A stretch of 64,000 nucleotides of DNA from the human T2T-CHM13v2.0 reference genome, Homo sapiens: NCBI RefSeq assembly GCF_009914755.1, contig NC_060927.1, one strand, 5' to 3'. The translations under genes and the position numbers were made by a program. Shown here piece by piece: positions 48,867 through 64,000 of the stretch. Each line of letters starts with the position of its first letter. The stretch's first letter is position 1. Under the pieces are notes generated by a model. The model was given only the letters and a program-made list of their open reading frames with translations. It was not told the origin of the DNA and searched no databases.

Positions 48867-49887
48867 CTAGAATTAAAGATAAAATTTAAAAATTAAGCAT
48901 CCTGAGATGTATTTCACCAAAGACAAGGAAATAAGCCTAAAGTACTTCAACTTTAGACATATTTTACATTACTTAGCTTATAATAAATTGCTGTAACCAG
49001 CATGATTCGCAAGTTTCTAATAAGTAGAAAAAGAATAGCCATAGAAACCTAGGGTGGAAGGGGATGTTAGACTAGACAACAGAAGAGGAAGCAGGCCCAG
49101 AGAAGAATGATTCCCCAAGGTCTCACAACTTATCCGTATCCATCTGAATTCACAGAAAAAACTGGGCTAGAATAAGAAAAACACCACATATCGTGAATAT
49201 TCTTTCAGGATGGTAGGCAGAGATTTACTGTTAATTTGCAGTTATATCAGTGTCAAGGTAAGAAAAAATAAAAAAATTTAATTTGTAGTTATGTAAGGAA
49301 ACTTTTTGATGCTAAGAAATCTTAAATGTGTACAGCTTCATGAATCAGCCACAGGGCAGGTGCTCAAAAGATATGTGTTGAATGAATGACACTTAGTTGT
49401 CAATTTAACTTTTCTCTTGGGGTCACAGTCTCTTGAAGAAAAACAGTAGACAAACTAAGCAGATGAACTTTAAAAACTACTAAATCAAAACAAATATTTC
49501 CTTTGTAAATATTCCCTTTTTTTAAGCGGAAGACAACTGACCTTAGTCGTAAGTTACCACAAAGTGTCAACACAGCAAACCAAGGAGGAAACATTTGGTA
49601 CCTCAGTTGGTACAAGACTCAGTCTTGAGGACGGAGCGGGAGAGAAGTGATAATAGTGTGATGCCAAGCTTCAATTATACCATATGGAACTTTAATAGTT
49701 TTATCACATAACATACATTTGTATAACCACCATACAGATTAAGAAAGAGAACATTACCAGCATACCAGAAGCCTCCATATATCCTCTACCCAGTCGTTAC
49801 ACCTTTCTTCTTCCACAATGGTAACTACTATCCTGACTTATGGGGTAGTAATTTCCTTGCTTTCAACTTGGAGTCATAAACACTATA

Positions 49888-53880
<3,993 letters not shown>

Positions 53881-54211
53881 CTTTAAATAAGAATATTAGT
53901 ACTTAACTAGGATCTTGATACATATTTGCTCAAAGAACAAAATCTTTGGCTACTAAAACAACAGAAAGTGGCAAGTATAAACAGTAAATACTAACTTTGC
54001 TGTAACAGATGATATAGGAATTCGGAAGTACATCTGTTAGATAACTTTTCCTATTTCTTTTGCCCTTATTCCTTTGCCACAAACTACTCTTCAATATTAA
54101 CTTTAGCTCTCCTCTTTGACCAATAAAAAATATCCAAGTTTATTTCTCTTCAAATATGGATCAAAAGATAAAAGCTCTAGGTTAAGGGAAGAGAATATAG
54201 AACCAACTTAC

Positions 54212-54303
54212 CATTTTCATCTACTGCAAGCACACTTGCTCCTTTTCCCAAAAGTTCCTGAACCACCATTGTTAGCCCATTTCGGGCAGCAACATGCAGA
54301 GGT
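54212..54303 (-). CDS. ANKRD28: ANKRD28 penultimate exon (92 nt) [30 protein letters not shown](G)
   Basis: Acceptor ttttttcccctAG, donor G|GTAAGT; ankyrin repeat. Confidence 0.97.
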
Positions 54304-55287
54304 CTAGGGGAAAAAACATGATACATGTACACATATGTGCATGTGCATGCACATACACATACACACCTGGCTGTCAAAGAGCATTTTTGTCAACTTGTGA
54401 AGACCAAGAGGTACAAACTCGAGAAACCTAGTCCTAATAACAAAGATGGGGGCAGGGAGAGCAGAACCTCTGTGCAGTGCACTGTCACACCTTGTCAACA
54501 TGTAGCTCGGCATCAAGCTCAGCCATAGGTCCCATCGACAGGTCCCTACCTTCACCCAATCCTTTTGTTACTTTTCTTTTCAATGTTTAAAAACATTTTA
54601 CCATTGAAATTGCATTCCTCCGTTGTTAAGGAATGAGGCTGGTAAAGATATAGACTATACATTAAAAACTGTAAACTGCAGTAGCATAAATTCTAATAGG
54701 CTTTGAAAACAGCTTACAAGCATCATGACTAATTTTTGGACCTTCAAGGGATCTGACTAATCCCAGAACGGGCAACAATATTCTAAGATTTTTATCTTTA
54801 CTAAACCTCAAAATGGAATAGCAAGGGACAATGAGAGACACTGATGTAAGATCTCTGTCAGTCTATCTGGAGGTTGGCTGCTCACATTATTAAAAATTTT
54901 GATTCTTTAAGAAACCTTATTGGCTTACAGACACACATAAAGCTTCTTACCTCATTTATTGTTAGTTTCAAGTAACATATTATTACAGTTGATTTCCACA
55001 GAATACACAAAATAGTACTACTTTCCTTCAGAAAATTAGGTAGGTGGATTAAGGAAAAAAATACATTATTGTCAATGTTATAATAAAATTTCAGTTCAAA
55101 AGCATTTTAAATAATATGGCTTTTAGTTGTGATCATTTTAGAAATGAGTTTTGACAGTTGTAAAACTATTAAAATTGCTTCTATGACTAATGAAACCTAT
55201 TCCAATAGTCACATGTTTAAAAAAATCCATTTATCATTTTTATAATTATAGGTCACAAAGTTTATACTAGATACTGACAGTACTCAC

Positions 55288-55370
55288 GTTTGCAAGGCTG
55301 CGTTGGTTGCATTGATGAGGTTTCTATCTGTTATCTTTTCCAGTATTAACAAGGCACTAGTTTCATGACC
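55288..55370 (-). CDS. ANKRD28: ANKRD28 exon (83 nt) GHETSALLILEKITDRNLINATNAALQ(T)
   Basis: Acceptor caattatAG, donor AC|GTGAGT; frame continuous. Confidence 0.96.
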
Positions 55371-55793
55371 CTATAATTGTGGCAGATAAGTTATAAAAAC
55401 TTGAGCACCATTAAAGATACATTTATACACCCAACAATCTGCAATCCTAGTCCATATAATATGTACAACACCATACATATACCATGAATTTTCCTGGCTA
55501 ATATCTTAATATTTGCCCAAACACATCTTGGGAGTGAGGGTAGGAGAAGAGGACAAAATTAAGATTAAGGAAAGAGGATAATTATGCTTAGACTTGTGTT
55601 CCAAAACTTATTTGGCTTACTGGAGACTTTGATACGCCATGGTGCCTTATAAGTCAATTTTGTTCAAGAAATCTAATACCAGTGATCATTAGAGAGGTTT
55701 GGTCCTGAGTTGTTCATTTTAGTGAAGTCAAAAAACTTTTAAGGTCACTGTTAATATTAACAATGGAAACATATTCTTAAGATGTATACATAC

Positions 55794-55876
55794 CTTGCTA
55801 CAAGCCAAATGGAGGGCAGTATTTTTACTGTTATCTTGTAAAGTCAGTTCTGCACTAGCACTGCTAACCAGCATCT
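55794..55876 (-). CDS. ANKRD28: ANKRD28 exon (83 nt) MLVSSASAELTLQDNSKNTALHLACSK
   Basis: Acceptor ctttttcctcccAG, donor AAG|GTATGT; frame continuous. Confidence 0.96.
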
Positions 55877-56522
55877 CTGGGAGGAAAAAGTGCATCAATT
55901 CTTATGTTTATGAACATGTTTCTTAGATTACCAATAACTCACTGTAGAGAAATGAAGATACAAAGCAAAAAAGTCCCTCTCACAAAAACTTAAGTACAAG
56001 AAAAATATTGTAATATATAACATATATATCTTCATATAATTGTATGAGACAATTATATTGTTGTATAAGTCACACACTCTAACAATGGCAATTAACATTT
56101 ATTTTGTGACTGTGCACTAAATTTTAAATACTGTTTTATATGCTCTGGATTTAAAGTAATTTATTTAACCCTCACAACAACACACCAAGTAGATACTGTT
56201 ATTTTTCTCATTTTATAAATGAGAAAACTGAGGCATAAGGTCATTTAGCTGAAAGATCTAGGACTCACATTCAGGCAATCCAACTCCACAGCCAGTGTTC
56301 TTAACCACTATGTTATAAGGCCATGGTAAAGTAGACTCCTCAATAGTCAGGGCAAACTAAAACATTGTATCCCTAAATGAAAATGTGGATTGCAAACAGG
56401 TAAAAGGTTTTAAGTCTTAGGAGTGGTAAGATAACTAGTTGAAGTCAGAAGTCTTGGGATCTAAGTTATACATAAGTGATACACATACTTAGGAAAATAC
56501 AATTTTAAAGAAGTTTCTTTAC

Positions 56523-56668
56523 CAACTGTATTTGTTTGTCCATTTTCTGCAGCCATCATAAGAGGTGTTTTCCCTGTAGAGTCCACAGAATTGACTTGAG
56601 CATTATGGCTGAGCAGCAGCTGTAAACACTCTACATGGTCTGTGAAGGCGGCTGCATGGAGAGGAGTT
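56523..56668 (-). CDS. ANKRD28: ANKRD28 exon (146 nt) [48 protein letters not shown](E)
   Basis: Canonical TPLH ankyrin repeat; acceptor tttatcacAG, donor G|GTAAAG. Confidence 0.97.
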
Positions 56669-57614
56669 CTGTGATAAAGAAAAATTGAAATATATGACTA
56701 AATTTGAATGTTATATATGCTGGAAAAATATTCTTTAATTTGTGACATGCTGTTTTTAAGGGTTTACATATTAGGCTACAAAAGCACTGCCTGTACACAA
56801 ACAAATAGGCTCAATGGAGCTTACTAATTTCTCTCATAGAAATTTGTACTTTCAATAATACAGAAGGCTTTAATTAAACTAGAACTAGTATGAAGTAAAG
56901 ATTAATTACAAAATTGCTAAAATAACATTACATCATTAAAGGAAATTTTGAAAGAAATAAATCCTAATCTGAATACCACCACTTATTACAACTGCTGGAC
57001 TTTTTTCCAGGCTTTATTCCCATTTAGAAAACTGTTAACTTTGTTAACAATAATCTTTGGGAAACAAATTCGAAAGAGAGGGAAAAATATTTACATGTTA
57101 AAATAGTTTAAAGGAGGAAAACTTCCTAAAATCTATAAATAGAAAAACCTTTTATAATGTAAAAATAATTGAGATCTTATAACAATTTATACTCGCAAAT
57201 ATAAAAATCAACTTTTAATAATGGGTTTTCTGTAAATTCTCTCACACCAGCCAGTAGTTAAAATTTATTTCTTATTGAAAATAAAACCTTTTTGGGGGGT
57301 AGGGCCCAGACGGGATCTCACTCTGTCACCCAGGCTGGAATGCAGTGGTGCAATCATAGCTCACTGTTGCCTCAAACTCCTGGGCTCAAGTGATCCTCCT
57401 GCCTCAGCCTCCTGAACAGCTGGGATCACAGGCATGCATCATCATGCACTTTTTTTTTTTTTGGTAGAGATGCAGGTCTTGCTATGTTGACCAGGCTGGT
57501 CTTAAACTCCTGGCTTCAAGTCATCCTCCCACTTCAGCCTCCCAGATTGTTAGGATTATAGGCATGAGCCACTGTGCCTGGCTAAAACTATTTAATACAT
57601 AGTTGAATTCCTAC

Positions 57615-57698
57615 CTTCCTTTTGAATCTGTGGCGTTCACAATGCTGGCACCTAATGTATCAATTAACATCTCAGCAGCACCTTCGTTGTCATTTATC
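57615..57698 (-). CDS. ANKRD28: ANKRD28 exon (84 nt) INDNEGAAEMLIDTLGASIVNATDSKG(R)
   Basis: Acceptor ttacacAG, donor AG|GTAGGA; preceded by a 91-nt intron (57699-57789). Confidence 0.96.
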
Positions 57699-57789
57699 CT
57701 GTGTAAGGTAACAAGGTGATCATTCTCACAGCAATGGTGTATTTCTTAAAACACTCAAACCAAATCTGATTCATTCTGGCTTTACTTAC

Positions 57790-57877
57790 ACGGCACAATG
57801 CAATGGACTAAAAGCATTTCCTTCCGTTTTCTGGAAAACTTCCTGTTCTAAAAGCAGTTCTACACATGTCTCGTGAC
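57790..57877 (-). CDS. ANKRD28: ANKRD28 exon (88 nt) (G)[28 protein letters not shown](V)
   Basis: Acceptor cctatttAG, donor GT|GTAAGT; phases 1 and 2 fit the neighbouring exons. Confidence 0.96.
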
Positions 57878-58090
57878 CTAAATAGGTGTAAAGAACCAGG
57901 TATTAAAATTCAAAGGAGATACTGGCAAAAATCACAGGTACATGTAAGTGTTTAAAGGAAAAATGTAAAAGTCTCTCCCTCATCCCATCTCCCAGATCCC
58001 CTCTCTGGAATATAACCATTGGTAGCTGTTAAGCCACCAGTAGTTCCTGAAAATTTCTAGGCATATACAACTGCACGCACAAAATACATA

Positions 58091-58886
<796 letters not shown>

Positions 58887-59354
58887 TAATTATGGATTTT
58901 AAAGTGATTGCTAGTTTAAAAAAATTCTTCATGATATTATCAACAACGCTGTAATGAAACATTCTGGTATTTTTTTATTTTATTAAAACAATTTTTTGAG
59001 ACAGGGTCTTGCTCTGTTGCCCAAGTTGAAGTGCAGTGGCATGATCATGACTCTCTGCAGTCTCAACCTCCTGGGCTCAAGTGATCCTCCCACCTCAGCC
59101 TCCTGAGTTGCTAAGACAACAGGTGCAAGGCTACCACACCTGGCTAATTTTTTGATATTTTGTAGAGATGAAGTTTTGCCATGTTGCTCAGGCTGGTCTT
59201 GAATCCCAGAGCTCAAGTGATCTGCCTGCCTCAGCCTCCTAAAATGCTGGGATTACAGGCATAAGCCACCACGGCCAACATTTTGTTTTTATTTTAGGAA
59301 GTATTTTTGTAGGACAATTTCCTACCAAAGTGATATTGCTGTGGTAAAGGAGAA

Positions 59355-59670
59355 GTATCCAGCCTTGGTATTCTTGGGGGATTGGGTCCAGGACTCCCCA
59401 CTGACAGCAAAACTCCATAGTCCCTTATACAGGTCCCTTGTACAAAATGGTTTATTTGTGTATAACCTATGCACATCTTCTCATATACTTTAAGTCATCT
59501 CTAGATTACTTACAACTTAATTCAATGTAAATGCTATATAAATAGTTGTTGTATTGTTTAGGGAATAATGACAAAAAAAAAGTCTGTACATGTTCAGCCT
59601 AACTATATTTCTGATGGACATTCAGTTGAATTCACCGATGGGGGACCCATGGATATGGAGGGCTGACTGT
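59355..59670. mobile_element. MER2-family MITE
   Basis: ...ggatatggagggctgactg|TA end. Confidence 0.75.
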
Positions 59671-60042
59671 ATTGACTGTTCATCAATATCTGGTCCATAG
59701 TTTTTAACAGTAACTTCAAAAACAGAAAAATCCAAATTTCAAATTTTCTTACCCTAATTCCAGAGCCAGGGTTTTAATTTAATACCCTAATTACTACAAA
59801 TAAAATGTTGCTTATTTTATTTCATTAGTCATTTGGGATCTACTTTAGGAATAAGATTCTTACATGGCCTCTTTATACATTTTCATGGTTTAATATTTGC
59901 CTACCAAAGTGATGTTATATTTTCTTTTCTTTTTAAATTACTCAAACTTAATCAGCTTAAACTTTACCCTATAATTGTGGAAAAGTAATTTTTAGAAAAA
60001 CCTGTAATTGTGTTCCATCTTTTGTCAGTTCTTTTCTCTAAT

Positions 60043-60258
60043 CTAGTAGTTTTCAAGTGGATTTTGCCCATCAGCAGATATTGTATGTGGCAATGCCTAC
60101 AGACATTTTTGTTTATCACAACTGAAGGTGGGGCAGTGCAACTGGCATCTAGTGGGTAGAAACCAATGATGCTGCTAAACATCTTGCAATGCACTGGAGA
60201 GTCCCTTGCAACAATCATCTGGCCCAAAACGTCATAGTGCTGAGGTTGAGAAACTCCT
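60043..60258. mobile_element. MER20 (hAT-Charlie)
   Basis: ctggcatctagtgggtaga...gatgctgctaaacatc...tgaggttgagaaac. Confidence 0.85.
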
Positions 60259-62917
60259 TTAATGCCATCGTTCTGAATGTTAACTCATTACTAAGATACA
60301 GCAATGGAAAGTTGTCCATTGTTGACTTAAGAGCCCCTCATTCTCCAGGTATATGGGTTCTTAAGGTGTGGCCTAGGGAACCCTGGGGTGACGCAAAAAA
60401 AATATGAATAAAAACACAGATGAGAACCCAACTATTCTCTTAAATTAGCTATGAAGAGATGTACTACTCTTCTCACTAAAAAGAAAATACTTTTGGAAAA
60501 TAGTTTTCATAAAAAAAGATTATTTATGTTAACATGTAATAGACATTATTTTTAAATAAATCAGTAAGTATTTAAAAATTTCTCAATTACAATTTCTAAT
60601 ACAGTCAGTATCAATCCATAGTTCCTGAGACCAAAGGGTTTGAGAACCACTCACCATCTGAGTACAGACTGAGAAAAGGGAACAGTGGGGCCCCTTTGTG
60701 ACCTCCAGAAATCATTACTGGGTGATATCAAGCAGACAATCTCATAACTTTCTATCATCATTTATGAAAGATAGATAGGATGGTAAACTGGGTCCTCCTG
60801 AGTTTCAGAGGCTAGTCTGAGGATGTTTAGAGCTTCATAAAAATGAACACATTTTTTAAAGGAATAATAAGTATTCTTAAGTTCTGTGATTGAATGACTA
60901 TATAAACTGAAATTGTGAACTTTTAGTATCTACAGCCAGGGTTTTTCTAAAACTTGGCCATCATTTCATTTTAATTTTAAGAGGTTGTTTTCTGTTCTGT
61001 TGGCATGCTTCCACTTTTCTTTCCAGCTGTACAATAATTACTAGTTAAAGTAAAAACCATTTTACATATTCTACTTTCAGAATGCCAAATTATAAAACGG
61101 GCTTTTGGCTATAAATATGGTATTAATTTTAGGCTGTCTATATAGTCGCTTATTGCATATAGCCAACACACATTAAATTCCTTCCAGCTCAAATTCAGCA
61201 TCACCACAATTTTGCTACAGGCTGAAAATCAGACACATTTGTTATGATCTTTAAATGGCAACCAGGCATGCAGTTCTTGCAAAATTCTGTCTCTTGCACA
61301 AAACGTGCTTAGAGTCTAAATTTAGCAGTGATAGAGTAGGAACTCACTTTAGGGAAAATGTTCTACATATAGATCTGATAACAAACACTGTAATAGAAAG
61401 CAACTCTCCAAAGGACAGTTACAGCAGTACATTTACAACTAAATGCTCTTCCTGAGGAAAAATATCTCACTGTGTGATTTTTCCAATGGTTAATCTTCAG
61501 GGATATATTTTTTTAAAAACCAAGCAGTAAGTCTTTGCTTCTGAACAGTTTTATCTCACTGACTTTTTTACAGAAACACAACTCACAATTGTAGATATTT
61601 TCCCACTATATTAGATATTTTGGGTTTTCCTTATACTTGTAAAATGTCAAGTCACATTACAGAAACAAATCAAACATCAATGGCAAAATACAGTATCTTC
61701 TTTGTTCTAGTATGAGTACTAGTCTCTGGCCACTTCACTACACTCATTTCTACTTGCCTTAGCGAGTAGAAATGGGAAAAAGAGAAGTTAAACCCCAAAG
61801 GTTTTATAGTTTTCAAAACTGTTTTGGTTAAGGATTTAAGGTAGTAAAAAACAAAGAGACTAAACTAGCTTGTTCAATGAGCAACAGATTTAACTATTCA
61901 AGTTTTTATGGTGCTATCAGTACTCAGCTGAAGGATAACCAACAGTATAACAGGACAAACCTCAAGAACCCAAAATGTTCTAACGGCAAAAGAATACAAC
62001 TCCCAACTTTGGCATAAGGACTAATATGAAAATCAAAATATTGTATCTCAGAAATACTTGTGGAAACATTTAATGAAGTTATAATTTTACAAGATTCAGC
62101 TTTTTCCTCTTTTGCTTTAACTTGATAACTTTGTCAGAACAGCTCCCAGTGAAAGAACTATGAAACAGCATATTATAGAAAGATAGGAAATCTCAACTTC
62201 CTGGTAAGGCAGTCTGATTTTACAACAGATATTATACTTATTTATTTTTAGCAAATGGGTATTTATATAAAGAGACAACTTATATTTTCTCTGCATTTTG
62301 AGGGAAGGTTATTAGAATTGTGAACTACAGCTTTGTAGATCTGCTGTCATAATTAACATTAATCTTGAAGCTACACTGAAATTGAAAACAAATTTTAAAA
62401 ACCTCTAATTTCTCTACTAAAGCCTGAAGCTTGAACTTTGACAACACTGATGCTTGCACTGTATATAATGTACTTGAGTTTTCTAAGATGATCAAATCTA
62501 AAAATATCTCAACATGCTTCATTGCATAAATTATTTTAATTAGTGGCATTTCATAAGCCAAACTGCATTTTTAACATCTATAACTTCAAAGTAGCTTTAT
62601 GCTTCCCTACGTGACCTTTTGTGAGTCTACCTATAAAAGCGATGACTGTGACTGTGAGCCTGTAGGAGGCCAAAGAAAATCTCTTTTAACCATGTAGCAG
62701 AGTTAACCCATCAAAGTTTCTAATTCTAAGACCTGCTAGGGATTTATTCCTTTAAAACATTGAACATGGATATTACTGGTAATATAAGAATGTTATCTTG
62801 CAATGTGCTCAGAAAACATACATAGATTTCAGTTTAGAATGTGATACATCTCACTGTTTCTCCTACTTTTGGTTATTTTTCCCCTAATATGATTGTATTT
62901 AGAAAGTAAAAGAACAT

Positions 62918-63304
<387 letters not shown>

Positions 63305-63539
63305 TCAAAAATACTTCATGGCTTATCTCAGAACACCTTTGACAACTAGTGTCTTGGCTTTAGCATGACAAAGGACAGGAGTGAGCCTACGTACTAAGTA
63401 TTATTAGTACGTGAGCCTATACAGTAGATTATTCCCAAGGTTTTTGCTAATTTTAAACTTAAAATTTGCCTTATAAATATGTCATTCTTTTATCTCTGTT
63501 CACTACACAATGATATGCATTTGTGTTTGTATACTTAAC

Positions 63540-63759
63540 CATTGTAGCAAGCCCAGTGAAGTGCCGTATATCCATGATTGTCTGCTGTGGCTGGATTTGC
63601 ATCCATAGATGCTGCTGACTGCAAAAGGGCTCCAAGAACACCAATGTGTCCACAGGCAGCAGACAGGTGTATAGGCGTCCGGCCCCTGCTATCCCGAAGT
63701 AAGCACTTAGCACCATGTTGAAGTAATGCATCTACACATTCTTCATGGCCTGTAACTGC
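63540..63759 (-). CDS. ANKRD28: ANKRD28 exon (220 nt) AVTGHEECVDALLQHGA...GYTALHWACYN(G)
   Basis: Minus-strand acceptor ttttctttcAG, ankyrin motifs GRTPIHLSA and GYTALHWA, donor G|GTTAAGTAT. Confidence 0.96.
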
Positions 63760-64000
63760 CTGAAAGAAAATAATTTAAAGGTAGTCAAACATATTATGCT
63801 AAACATTACATGCCAATTTCAGCTAATTAAAAACTTTAAAGACCATACTCTCCATATCCTTCCATCAATTAAAGCCATTTATCATTTTATGAGTAATTCT
63901 GTATTTTTATTGGAAGTGGTTTAAAAATTCAGTTAAAGCAAGAACCCTTCTAAAATGCAAATAGTATGAAAACAGGAAGAGAGAAACTTGGTATTCAATG

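Overview
Human (primate) genomic DNA, recognised from the encoded proteins as the BTD-ANKRD28 interval (chr3p25 from memory). On the + strand lie most of BTD (biotinidase) intron 1 and exons 2-4. Spliced from the ATG at 13758, these exons give a complete 523-aa ORF: signal peptide, nitrilase-family Glu-Lys-Cys triad and C-terminal vanin-type domain. A 69-nt upstream cassette exon can add an alternative N-terminus. On the - strand, converging on BTD, lie the last eight coding exons (360 aa) and ~3-kb 3'UTR of ANKRD28 (PP6 ankyrin-repeat subunit A / PITK). The rest is intron or intergenic DNA dense in Alu, L1, L2, MIR, MaLR/ERV LTRs and DNA-transposon relics. Nearly all other ORF-track entries are repeat-derived or shadow frames. 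I found no evidence for a new protein-coding gene or a new multi-gene system. The best second-look items are: a TSD-flanked, UTR-only gamma-actin (ACTG1) retrocopy in BTD intron 2; a GC-AG intron; an atypical GTTAAGTAT donor; an AluY whose target-site duplication copied the putative BTD exon-4 branch point; several latent BTD isoform switches; an RBFOX/UG-rich tract that could remove the ANKRD28 PP1-docking tail; and two Alu insertions that replace L1 sequence. Repeat subfamily names are from recalled consensus sequences and repeat boundaries are approximate.
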